In this document: piece by piece, positions 1 through 12,289 of the stretch | How the letters are laid out: each line of letters begins with the position of its first letter | How positions within the stretch are numbered: position 1 is the first letter of the stretch | NCBI GenBank assembly: GCA_002269645.1 | Contig: NIVC01002236.1 | Location: 126,855 to 190,854 of the forward strand | Source: Macrostomum lignano | Taxonomy: Eukaryota | DNA: 64,000 nt | Direction of reading: 5' to 3' | Position numbers and translations under genes: made by a program | The notes under the pieces: model-generated | The model's input: only the letters and a program-made list of their open reading frames with translations | Told to the model about the DNA's origin: nothing | The model's database searches: none

Positions 1-2
1 CT

Positions 3-248
3 GTGGCCCTGCCAACTATGAGTCAGCAGCCTCAGCCACCGGCAGCTTCGGTTGCCGGGGCCTGTCTGATCTGTTTGAGCAGCCAGGCTGACACTGTGAT
101 GTACAGGTGCGGCCACCTGTGCCTGTGCTCGATGTGCACCGCCAGGATGAAGGAGGCTGCACCGGGAGGTCGGATGTCCTGTCCGGTTTGCCGGGCACCC
201 GTGGTTGACACCGTGCGGGTTTTCTCGGCTAGCGCGGAACGCCAGTAG
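3..248 (+). CDS. 3' end of a RING-HC (C3HC4) E3 ligase, Neuralized/zf-C3HC4_3-like; 5' part outside window
   Basis: CLIC-x11-CGH-x2-C-x2-C-x14-CPVCR followed by VVDTVRVF and TAG at 246-248; C-terminal RING of Neuralized/IAP type; AT-rich 3' UTR follows. Confidence 0.75.
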   Translation: MALPTMSQQPQPPAASVAGACLICLSSQADTVMYRCGHLCLCSMCTARMKEAAPGGRMSCPVCRAPVVDTVRVFSASAERQ

Positions 249-808
249 AAGTCACGTGACTTTGACTTCTTCAAACTTTGAGTTTTGGATTTTTAGTTCA
301 CAGGCCTAATCTGTACCTGTCTGATGTGACAATATGTCTGTAATCTACCTGTCTCATCTCTGCTACAAAAATTGTCTCATGTATTTTGTCAGCTTGTATT
401 TGTAAGTAAACCGAAAGAAAAGATATATATATTTTCTTTTATTCAGATGTTTATACATTTAGAAAAGTAAAGATTTTTTAGCAGAGTCACAATTGTATTA
501 CAAATGTTTAATTATAATCAAATTATTATTTATCATTTTATCCCACTATGCATCGCAAATATATATATCTCAATTATGTTAGAAAGGCTTTCATTTCGTG
601 AACTTTTCGATTTTATATACAGTGCTAGTAATTAAATTTCTCTTTTTTATAATAAGAAATTAAGCGTCAAGTCTGAACTACTCTACTAACAGTGGCAGTA
701 AAATAATTTTATGCTCTAATTTTTATATCCAGCTACAAAACGATCGAAAAAAACGTCAATTTAATTAATTAGAAATCAAAGAAAGTAATTAAATAAACAG
801 CTCGCAAG

Positions 809-2156
809 ATGCAAGTCGCCAGTAAAGAGGCCGCTGTGAGATGCGCCGAAGAACTGCTCATGTCGCTGCACAATCCGTCAACGAGGGATTCGGCTCTGGC
901 TGAGCTGAGCAAGCATCGCGACGCCATACCGGAATTGGCCTGTCTGATCTGGCAGTCTTTTGGCTGCGTTGCCATTCTGTTAGAAGAGATCGTGTCCGCG
1001 TATCAGCATCTCAGCACTGGGGCATTGTCGGTAAGTTTGTGTTGCCTTGGTTCTTGATCTACCGATATGTATCGAAAACTTGTCGGTGTGTGTGTTTTTG
1101 TGTTGCTTTGGTTCATAATCTACCGATATGTATCGAAAACTTGTCGGTGTGTGTGTTTTTATGTTGCTTTGGTTCATGATCCTCCGATATGTATCGAAAA
1201 AATTCGGTGAGTGTTTTTGTGTTGCTTTGGTTTGCGGTATAACGATATGCATCGAAAAAATTATTGGTGATTGTGTGTTTTTGTGTTGCTTTGGTTTATG
1301 ATCTACCGATATGTATCGAAAAAAAATGTCGGTAAGTGTGTTTGTGTTGCTTTGGTTCGTGAATTACCGATATGTATCGAAAAATTGTCGATGAGTGCGT
1401 TTTTGTGTTGCTTTGGTTTATGATCTACCGATATGTATCGAAAAAAAATGTCGGTAAGTGTGTTTGTGTTTCTTTGGTTCGTGAATTACCGATATGTATC
1501 GAAAAATTGTCGATGAGTGCGTTTTTGTGTTGCTTTGGTTTATGATCTACCGATATGTATCGAAAAATTGTCGGTGAGTGTGTGTTTTTTTGTGTTGCTT
1601 TGGTTTGTGATATACCGATATGTATCGAAAACGTAGTTAATTAAACAATTTGTTAAATTTGTACGAATATAGTAGATGCATTTACAGTGTTTGAAACTAG
1701 TTTTATTAATTACATTCACTTAGATTACGTTAGTTAGAGTTTAGTTAAAGTTCGCGAAGAGCAATCAGTCTGCAGCACTCTTGTTTTATAGAAGCAACGC
1801 TGCTTAACCGTCTCAAAGCATTTAGTTTGATGAAGCGTCTTTGCGCCTGTCACTCGATCACCGATAAAAGTGCATTCACAGCTGTGTCTCTTTAACCCCC
1901 TCCCTCCCGCATGCCTGGGCGGCCTACTTGCCTATGGAGCCGACTAGCGGAGCAGTGAGGCCTTCTCTAATTAAAGCCAAGGGTTTGCTGTTTGGGTTGT
2001 GATGCACAAATCCTGCCCAGTTGGAGATTGTGCCGGCGTGTGGATGGGACTGGTTATTGGGGACTGAGCTGCTCCACTGCGTCTCATTTCTTCTTGATTA
2101 ACGCTTGTGTGTCAGTCCGGCATCTGTGTGCCTGCTTCTCTGCCTGTCTGTCTGCC

Positions 2157-2211
<55 letters not shown>

Positions 2212-2232
2212 ATATCTATCTATCTGTCTATC

Positions 2233-2271
<39 letters not shown>

Positions 2272-2278
2272 GTCTATC

Positions 2279-2353
<75 letters not shown>

Positions 2354-2418
2354 CTATCTATCTATCTATCTATCTGTCTATCTATCTATCTATCTGTCTA
2401 TCTCTATCTATCTATCTG

Positions 2419-2469
<51 letters not shown>

Positions 2470-2570
2470 GTCTATCTCTATCTATCTATCTATCTATCTG
2501 TCTATCTATCTATCTATCTGTCTATCTCTATCTATCTATCTGTCTATCTATCTATCTGTCTATCTATCTG

Positions 2571-2601
<31 letters not shown>

Positions 2602-5600
2602 GTCTATCTATCTATATATCTATCTGTCTATCTATCTATATATCTATCTGTCTATCTATCTGTCTATCTATCTGTCTATCTATCTATTTCCCTAATCTAA
2701 GTTGTTGTATTTTAGCACACCAAAGTGCTTTAAGTACTTCTATAGTTCGTATGGGCCATCTCTAATTGCCCATGCACTTTAAGCACTCTTTTCACCTCTT
2801 TTTGATCGCTTCTTTGTTAAGTTCGTTTTAGATGTATTAATAAAGGTAACTTCGCTCAGTTAATTGCTTTCCCTGCTCAGTCCAGGGGCCGAAATTTTTT
2901 AGCACGAAATTGCGTGACCGTCATGACCCTGGTCATCTGGTTGAGAGCTTCAAAGGTCTTCGTTTTCCTTGACTATCCTCATGCACAGTCATTTTCCTTT
3001 GTGAGACTCGTTTTTATCGTCCTTGAGTATCTAAATTTTTTGGATAGTTTCCCAATCATCAGTGTTTTATTATCCTCGAGTTCTCCCAGTTATGAATTAT
3101 CACTAGTTATGAATTGAATTATGCCTAGTCATGAATTATCCCTACTTATGAATTATCCCTAGTCATGAATTATCCCTACTTATGAATTATCCCTACTTAT
3201 GAATCATCCCTAGTCATGAATTATCCCTACTTGTGAATTATCCCTACTTATGAATTATCCCTACTTATGAATTATCCCTACTATGAATTATCCCTAATAT
3301 GAATTATCCCACTTATGAATTATCCCTACTATGAATTATCCCACTTATGAATTATCCCTACTTATGAATTATCCCTACTCATGAATTATCCCTACTATGA
3401 ATTATCCCACTTATGAATTATCCCTACCTATGAATTATCCCTACTTATGAATTATCCCTACTTATGAATTATCCCTACTTATGAATTATCCCTACTCATG
3501 AATTATCCCTACTATGAATTATCCCACTTATGAATTATCCCTACCTATGAATTATCCCTACTTATGAATTATCCCTACTTATGAATTATCCCTACTTATG
3601 AATTATCCCTACTATGAATTATCCCTAACATGAATTATCCCACTTATGAATTATCCCTACTTATGAATTATCCCTACTATGAATTATCCCTACTTATGAA
3701 TTATCCCTACTATGAATTATCCCTACTATGAATTATCCCTACTATGAATTATCCCTACTATGAATTATCCCTACTATGAATTATCCCTACTTATGAATTA
3801 TCCCTACTATGAATTATCCCTACTATGAATTATCCCTACCTATGAATTATCCCTACTTATGAATTATCCCTACTTATGAATTATCCCTACTTATGAATTA
3901 TCCCTACTATGAATTATCCCTACTATGAATTATCCCTACCTATGAATTATCCCTACCTATGAATTATCCCTACTTATGAATTATCCCTACTTATGAATTA
4001 TCCCTACTATGAATTATCCCTAACATGAATTATCCCACTTATGAATTATCCCACTTATGAATTATCCCACTTATGAATTATCCCTACTTATGAATTATCC
4101 CTACTATGAATTATCTACACTTCTGAACTACCCCATATTTCTTACTGCTTATATTATTCTAATTTTTCCAACACACATGGCAGTGTTGTCTTTAATTTAT
4201 TTTCCCAATCCTGATTCCCGCTCCCCTTCCCACCTGTGACAGGTGCAGCTATCAAATCGGGTATGCAACGCCATGGCCCTGCTGCAGTGTCTGGCTGCAC
4301 ACCCAGCCACTAGGCGGGCTGTGTTGGACCTGCAGCTGGTGCACTACCTGTTCCCGTTCCTAAGCAACCATCCTCAGCATCAGCCGGCAGATCCTCGCCC
4401 AGCTGAGTTCCTTCGCCTCACAGCTTTGGGTGTTATTGGCGCTTTGGCGAAGTCCGAAGATCCTCAGGCTGTTGAATGCCTTCTACGAACCGAACAGCTG
4501 GTGCCGCTGTGCCTTCGCGTGATGGACTTTGGCAGCGAGCTGAGCCGCACTGTGGCCACCTTTGTGGTGCAGAAGGTGCTGCAGGATCCCGCTGGGCTGG
4601 CCTACGTGTGCAACACCTATCAAAGGTTTGAGCAGGTGGCCGCAGGTCTGGCTGGCGTTCTGCTGTACTTGCGAGTGAACCCGAGCGCCCGACTATTGAA
4701 GCACGTTGTTCGATGCTATGTGCTGCTGACTGATAACTTCAGGTAGGGGTTCACTCATTTTTATTAGTCGCTTGTATTACTCAGTTAAACCATTGGCTTT
4801 TAAATCCATGGGACTTAAAATGTATGTGAAAATTGGCCTTCAAATTCTTAGGGAAAATCGGCATTTCAGTTCTTAGGGATAATCGGCCTTCAAATGCTTA
4901 ACGAAACATCGGCATTCAAATTCTTAAGGAAAATCGGCCTTCAAATTCTTAAGGAAAATCGGCCTTCAAATTCTTAAGGAAAATCGGCCTTCAAATTCTT
5001 AAGGAAAATCGGCCTTCAAATTCTTAAGGAAAATCGGCCTTCAAATTCTTAAGGAAAATCGGCCTTCAAATTCTTAAGGAAAATCGGCCTTCAAATTCTT
5101 ATGGAAAATCGGCCTTCAAATTCTTAGGAAAATCGGCCTTCAAATTCTTAAGGAAAATCGGCCTTCAAATTCTTAAGGAAAATCGGCCTTCAAATTCTTA
5201 TGGAAAATCGGCCTTCAAATTCTTATGGAAAATCGGCCTTCAAATTCTTAAGGAAAATCGGCCTTCAAATTCTTAAGGAAAATCGGCCTTCAAATTCTTA
5301 AGGAAAATCGGCCTTCAAATTCTTATGGAAAATCGGCCTTCAAATTCTTAGGAAAATCGGCCTTCAAATTCTTAAGGAAAATCGGCCTTCAAATTCTTAA
5401 GGAAAATCGGCCTTTAAATTCTTAAGGAAAATCGGCCTTTAAATTCTTAAAGAAAATCGGCCTTTAAATTCTTAAAGAAAATCGGCCTTCAAATTCTTAA
5501 GGAAAATCGGCCTTCAAATTCTTAAAGAAAATCGGCCTTCAAATTCTTAAGGAAAATCGGCCTTCAATAAAACATCCCTCTCTGACTCAAATTTCCCAAT

Positions 5601-5842
5601 TAACAAACCCAATCCTCAGAGCTCGCCAAGCCCTGAGTCTCTACCTGCCGCAGGAGCTCAAAGACGACTCCCTGCTCAGCCGGATGCAGCTGCAGCTGCG
5701 CGATCGTAAAACTCTGCTAGGGGTGCTGCACCTTCGCCGATTGGCTGAGCGCGTTGAGCAGCCCTGGCCGCCGGTGCCTCTGCGACCCGGGGCCGCCGCC
5801 GTGGCGCCGCTGCCCGCCTCTGCTGCCCACGGAGCTTGCTGA
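809..5842 (+). CDS. CNOT9: CCR4-NOT subunit 9 (Rcd1/Caf40), divergent; exons 809-1030, 4243-4742, 5620-5842
   Basis: Motifs LIWQSFG, SNRVCNAMALLQC, EFLRLTALGVIGAL, GSELSRTVATF, RLLKHVVRCY, RARQAL..LPQELKD. GT-AG junctions keep frame (phases 0, 2); TGA at 5840-5842. Confidence 0.92.
1040..1630. repeat. ~60-bp minisatellite starting at the CNOT9 intron 1 donor
   Basis: About 10 degenerate copies of gttgctttggtt..tgatctaccgatatgtatcgaaaa..tgtcgg. Confidence 0.9.
2141..2687. repeat. (TGTC)n/(TATC)n microsatellite, CNOT9 intron 1
   Basis: Direct reading. Confidence 0.97.
3108..4115. repeat. 16/17-bp minisatellite ATGAATTATCCCTAC(T)T, CNOT9 intron 1
   Basis: Direct reading. Confidence 0.97.
4835..5566. 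repeat. 25-bp minisatellite GGAAAATCGGCCTTCAAATTCTTAA, CNOT9 intron 2
   Basis: Direct reading. Confidence 0.97.
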
Positions 5843-5896
5843 CATGGTGGAGGCATTTAGCTTTAGTATGAGCTGACTAGTTGGTCATTTGCATGA

Positions 5897-7085
5897 AGGA
5901 TCTCACTCTCCTCTCTGTCTCCTGCCTGAGATCTCACTCTCCTCTCTGTCTCCTGCCTGAGATCTCACTCTCCTCTCTGTCTCCTGCCTGAGATCTCACT
6001 CTCCTCTCTGTCTCCTGCCTGAGATCTCACTCTCCTCTCTGTCTCCTGCCTGAGATCTCACTCTCCTCTCTGTCTCCTGCCTGAGATCTCACTCTCCTCT
6101 CTGTCTCCTGCCTGAGATCTCACTCTCCTCTCTGTCTCCTGCCTGAGATCTCACTCTCCTCTCTGTCTCCTGCCTGAGATCTCACTCTCCTCTCTGTCTC
6201 CTGCCTGAGATCTCACTCTCCTCTCTGTCTCCTACCTGAGATCTCACTCTCCTATCTGTCTCCTGCCTGAGATCTCACTCTCTCCTCTCTGTCTCCTGCC
6301 TGAGATCTCACTCTCCTCTCTGTCTCCTGCCTGAGATCTCACTCTCCTCTCTGTCTCCTGCCTGAGATCTCACTCTCCTCTCTGTCTCCTGCCTGAGATC
6401 TCACTCTCTCTTTGTTTCATACCTGAGATCTCTCTCTCCTCTCTGTCTCCTGCCTGAGATCTCACTCTCTCTTTGTTTCATACCTGAGATCTCACTGTCC
6501 TCTCTGTCTCCTGCCTGAGATCTCACTCTCTCTTTGTTTCATACCTGAGATCTCTCTCTCCTCTCTGTCTCCTGCCTGAGATCTCACTCTCTCCTCTTTG
6601 TCTCATACCTGAGATCTCACTCTCCCTCTTTGTCTCCTATATAAGATCTTATTCTCTCCCTCTTTGTCTCCTACACGAGATCTCACTCTCTCCCTCTCTG
6701 TCTCCTACCTGAGATCTCACTCTCCCCCTCTACCCCCTACCTGAGATCTCACTCTCCCCCTCTACCTCCTACCTGAGATCTCACTCTCTCCCTCTCTGTC
6801 TCCTACCTGAGATCTCACTCTCCCTCTTTGTCTCCTATATGAGATCTCAGTCTCTCCCTCTGTCTCCTACCTGAGATCTCAGTCTCTCCCTCTTTGTCTC
6901 CTACCTGAGATCTCACTCTCCCTCTTTGTCTCCTATATGAGATCTCACTCTCTCCCTCTCTGTCTCCTACCTGAGATTTCACTCTCCCCCTCTACCTCCT
7001 ACCTGAGATCTCACTCATCTCTCTTTCTCCTACCTGAGATCTCTATCCCTCTTTGTCTCCTACCTGAGATCTCTATCTCTACCTC
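5897..7085. repeat. 31-bp minisatellite GAGATCTCACTCTCCTCTCTGTCTCCTGCCT
   Basis: Period 31 (5899, 5930...), degenerating rightwards. Confidence 0.95.
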
Positions 7086-7659
7086 TATCTCACCCTCCCT
7101 CAGTCATTAAAGTCATTTCTAAGTAACAGTTTATAATCACAAAGCTTTTAATGAGGCTCTTTAGCGCCTTTTGCAATTAGATTCAATTTTTATTATATTT
7201 TTAACTAAATTATTGCTCAGAAATTAACTTCAGTTTCAGTCAACTTATGCTCGTATAATTAATTGTAGTGACGTCTTTTCGGACCAAATCTTTTCAGTTG
7301 CTTTCAATTGAGCTTTTCAACCAGTTATATAAAACTTTTAGTATCTTTATAATGTATTTATAATTGTACTCTGAAATTTGCATTTTTTGTTTACATTGAC
7401 GTGATTTATGGAATTGCTTGACTAATGCGTTACTAGCTGAAGTGTAATTTATAAGTTTATGCTTAAAGCGCTCACTTCTTAGACCATGGAACATCTTCTT
7501 GATTTGCGATTGATAATCTAATTAATTACAGGTGGATTAGGAGCAACGCATTTATTTACTGGATGAAAAAAATTACTAAAACTTTTCTTAAGAGTTCAAA
7601 TGTTTTTTTTCTAATTTTAAATAATCACAGTGAGAAAATATAAACTAACAGGATATTTC

Positions 7660-8280
7660 TAGTCTGCAACCAAACTGGTGGCACGATTGCCCCGAAAATT
7701 GCGTCCCTGGCAACCAAACTGGAGCCATTTTCACCCTAAAAATAGCGTCCCATTGCAGTAGACTCTAGCAACCAACTGTCACCCCAAGAATGGCGTCCCG
7801 TGCAGTTTTGCAGAAATTTACGTCCCTAGCAACCAACTGCCGTCCAGAAATTTGCGTCCCTAGCAACCAAACTGGAGACATTGTCACCCCACAAATAGCG
7901 TCCCTAGCAACCAACTGTCAAGCAGAAATTGGCGTCCTTAGCAACCAAACTGGAGCCATTGTTACCCAGAACTTAGCATCCTTGACAACCAAAAGGGGTC
8001 ACAGAAATTGTGGGTCCCTAGCAACCAAACTGGAGCCATTGTCACCCCGAAAATAGCGTCCCTAGCAACCAACTGTCAAGCAGAAATTGGCGTCCCTAGC
8101 AAACAAACTGGAGCCATTGTCACCCCGAAAATAGCGTCCCTAGCAACCAACTGTCAAGCAGAAATTGGCGTCCCTAGCAACCAAACTGGAACCATTGTTA
8201 CCCAGAACTTGGCATCCTTGACAACCAAAGGGGCATTACTAACGCCTCAAGTTACCTTGGTTAGCAACCAAAACTTGAAA
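7660..8280. repeat. Degenerate ~80-bp repeat with core CCCTAGCAACCAA(A)CTG
   Basis: Repeated core; the + strand ORFs here are repeat translations. Confidence 0.8.
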
Positions 8281-8353
8281 TTTCTTGCAACAAAACTTGC
8301 TGTGGACAATGGGAGCTCAAGTTCATCAGTTGTTCATCTCCCCGAAGAGCAAA

Positions 8354-8784
8354 TCAGCCGGGGCTGACGAGCTGCACTGGCACGCTGACGTGCTTCAGCA
8401 GGAACTCGGCTACCCGCCCCACTCCAGCCGGTTTCTGGCTCTGCCTCTCGTAGGTCCTGCCTCTGGCGCTCATCACCACTTCGTCCACCTGATGGTTGTT
8501 GACGTAGTTCACCAGGCACACTTTCACGTCGCTGCCGACCAGCTCGGTGAATCTGTAGTTGCTCAGGCCGGCCTCGCGGGCTCGATCAAACGCCGCGTCC
8601 CGGATCTTCTTAGCCCGCCGCTCCTCATCCGGGATGCTGCAGCCGGAGCTGTGCTGCAGACGTGGACAAACATGATGGAGTCGTTGGGGTGGCGAACGTT
8701 CTCCAGGTACCAGCTGAATACCCGGGCATCGTAAGGCCCGCCGTCCATTGGGATGAGGACAGATCTGATGATTGCTTGCGACAT
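8354..8784 (-). CDS. Universal stress protein (USP) domain protein with an apparent 1-nt frameshift near 8630-8660
   Basis: N-half MSQAIIRSVLIPMDG..VFSWYLENVRHPNDSIMFVHV and C-half VDEVVMSARGR..GVGRVAEFLLKHVSVPVQLV lie in different frames. Probable 5' UTR intron 10157 (GTAAGT) to 8828 (ctgaacAG). May be an assembly error or a pseudogene. Confidence 0.8.
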
Positions 8785-8844
8785 GGCCTGCGGATGGGGC
8801 GGTTTTGGATTCAACTTCTCTTTTCACCTGTTCAGTCACCCTTA

Positions 8845-10070
8845 AATCTCACTAAGATTAAAGAATCTCCTTTAGATCTCACTAAGAGTCACCTTTAGAT
8901 TTCACTAGGATCTCCCTTAGATCTCACTAAGGTTCTCCCTTAGATCTCTCTAAGAATCTCCCTTAGATCTCACTAAGGTTCTCCCTTAGATCTCACTAAG
9001 GTTCTCCCTTAGATCTCTCTAAGAATCTCCCTTAGATCTCACTAAGGTTCTCCCTTAGATCTCTCTAAGAATCTCCCTTAGATCTCTCTAAGAATCTCCC
9101 TTAGATCTCTCTAAGAATCTCCCTTAGATCTCACTAAGGTTCTCCCTTAGATCTCACTAAGGTTCTCCCTTAGATCTCTCTAAGAATCTCCCTTAGATCT
9201 CACTAAGGTTCTCCCTTAGATCTCTCTAAGAATCTCCCTTAGATCTCACTAAGGTTCTCCCTTAGATCTCTCTAAGAATCTCCCTTAGATCTCACTAAGG
9301 TTCTCCCTTAGATCTCTCTAAGAATCTCCCTTAGATCTCACTAAGGTTCTCCCTTAGATCTCTCTTAGAATCTCCCTTAGATCTCACTAAGGTTCTCCCT
9401 TAGATCTCTCTAAGAATCTCCCTTAGATCTCACTAAGGTTCTCCCTTAGATCTCTCTAAGAATCTCCCTTAGATCTCACTAAGGTTCTCCCTTAGATCTC
9501 TCTAAGAATCTCCCTTAGATCTCACTAAGGTTCTCCCTTAGATCTTTCTAAGAATCTCCCTTAGATCTCACTAAGGTTCTCCCTTAGATCTTTCTAAGAA
9601 TCTCCCTTAGATCTCATTAGGAGTCTCCTTTAAATCTCACTAGGATCTCCCTTAGATCTTACTGAGAATCTCCTTAGATCTCACTGAGAAGCTCCCATAG
9701 ATCTCACTAAGGCTCTCCCTTAGATCTCACTAAAAATATCCTTTAGATCTCAATAGGAATCTCCTTTAGATTTCAATGAGAATCGCCCTTGAATCTCACT
9801 GAGAATCGCCTTTGGATCTCACTGAGAATCGTTCTAGAATCTCCTAAAGAACCGCCCTTGAATCTCACTGAGAATCGCCTTTGGATCTCACTGAGAATCG
9901 TTCTAGAATCTCCTAAAGAACCGCCCTTGAATCTCACTGAGAATCGCCTTTGGATCTCACTGAGAATCGTTCTAGAATCTCCTAAAGAACCGCCCTTGAA
10001 TCTCACTGAGAATCGCCTTTGGATCTCACTGAGAATCGTTCTAGAATCTCCTAAAGAACCGCCCTTGAAT
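8845..10070. repeat. 23-bp array CTCCCTTAGATCTC(A/T)CTAAG(GT/AA)T followed by ~4 copies of a 69-bp unit, inside the USP 5' UTR intron
   Basis: Direct reading. Confidence 0.95.
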
Positions 10071-10624
10071 CTGACGATTAGAATCGGTAGACAACTAGTA
10101 AACTGAGTATTTAAAAGTACTTTTTGCACTGAATAGAATGCAAAAGTTGTCACTTACGAGGCTTCAGTGTGCGATGATTTTCAAAAACTTTGAGGACAAA
10201 CAAAGGCTGCCTTGAAGTGTGCTGCGATCTCTACTGTACTCGAGATACAGTCCTTAGGAATCTCCCAAGCTCGAGCCTTCTCAAATATATTAGCTTACTG
10301 TGCAGTCAGCGTCTTGTGAGTTCATCCGCGAATAGGAAGAAGTCCAACTGTAAGCGGAGAGGGAGTGAAGGGAGGGAGAGCCTGGGATCCCGAGCCTTTA
10401 TCCCTCCGTTTCCTCGCCACTGCCGGTTCGTGAAAGATTTTTTCGTTGATAGGGAAACTTGCACAAAAATAGGAAATTGAGTTGCGTGTCAAGGATTTAT
10501 CGGCATTATAATCCTATTATAACTGGCTGGGGGATGCGAGCGTTTCTGGGGAGATAAATGAGTATTTAATGCATATCTAAAGTACATTCTGAAAGAAAAA
10601 ACTTGTCATAACGAGTGGAATCCA

Positions 10625-11720
10625 GTTTTAGCATCACTAATCCAGTTTCGGTGTCACTAATCCCATTGTGGTGTCTCTAATCACGTTTCGGCGTCACTAA
10701 TCCCATTGTGGTGTCAATAATTCCATTGTGGTGTCACTAATCCCGTTTAGGTGTCACTAATCCCATTGTGGAGTCACTAATCCCGTTTAGGTGTCACTAA
10801 TCCCATTGTGGTGTCAATAATTCCATTGTGGTGTCACTAATCCCGTTTAGGTGTCACTAATCCCATTGTGGAGTCACTAATCCCGTTTAGGTGTCACTAA
10901 TCCCATTGTGGTGTCACTAATCACGTTTCGGCGTCACTAATCCCATTGTGGTGTCAATAATTCCATTGTGGTGTCACTAATCCCATTTTGGTGTCACTAA
11001 TCCCATTGTGGTTTCACTAATACCATTGTGGTGTCACTAATCCCATTTTGGTGTCACTAATCCCATTGTGGTTTCACTAATACCATTGTGGTGTCACTAA
11101 TCCCATTTTGGTGTCACTAATCCCATTTTGGTTTCACTAATACCATTTAGGTGTCACTAATCCCATTTTGGTGTCACTAATCCCATTTTGGTTTCACTAA
11201 TACCATTGTGGTGTCACTAATCCCATTTTGGTGTCACTAATCCCATTGTGGTGTCACTAATCCCATTGTGGTGTCACTAATCCCATTGTGGTGTCACTAA
11301 TCCCATTTTGGTGTCACTAATCCCATTTTGGTTTCACTAATACCATTGTGGTGTCACTAATCCCATTTTGGTGTCACTAATCCCATTGTGGTGTCACTAA
11401 TCCAATTGTGGTGTCACTAATCCCATTGTGGTGTCACTAATCCCATTGTGGTGTCACTAATCCCATTGTGGTGTCACTAATCCCATTGTGGTGTCACCAA
11501 TCCCGTTTAGGTGTCACTAATCCCATTGTGGTGTCACTAGTCCCGTTTAGGTGTCAATAATCCCATTGTGGTGTCACTAGTCCCGTTTAGGTGTCAATAA
11601 TCCCATTGTGGTGTCACTAGTCCCGTTTAGGTGTCAATAATCCCATTGTGGTGTCACTAATCCCATTTTGGTATCATTAATCCCATTGTGGTGTCACTAA
11701 TCCCATTTGGCGTCACTAAT
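10625..11720. repeat. 20-bp minisatellite GTGTCACTAATCCCATTGTG
   Basis: Direct reading. Confidence 0.96.
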
Positions 11721-12289
11721 TCAGTTTTAGTATCACTTTCTGTTGTCACTAATTCATTTATGATACCACTAATCCCTTTCAGCACAAACAAATCTAGTTT
11801 TTGTGCCAATAATCAACCTTTTACGTCATTGATGTGCGTTATTAAGAGTTTCATTGTGCCAAAACATTACTTAAGAGTTTCGCATTATTTCATAATATGC
11901 AACACCTGTTGCGCAAAAGTACAACTGCAGAGATCCATTGGACCATGTTAACCTTTGCAATGACAATCGGACCACTTCTGCATTGTACAAAAACTATTAA
12001 AAACTTAGACGATTTGGTCCAATGGAATTTTACCCTGGGAACTTGACAGCGGCAAGTTCAAAGGAAAACTATTGAGATAATTGGCTCTCCACAATGAACG
12101 CGGCTCGTTGCAATCATAATTTGATAGTGGACATGGCCTCACATTTTCATTTAAAAATTTCTACTGTATTTTTAGGACAGATTGCACTCAGGTGGTTGCT
12201 GATGGACTGGGCGCTTTCCTTGTGTTAAACTCTTAGTCAGGATGGCAGAATTCTTACCACATAACTCAGTCACTCACCCAGCCTTTCAC

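Noticed and set aside
1992-2765. Long LSIY-repeat ORFs
   Set aside because: Translations of (TATC)n inside CNOT9 intron 1.
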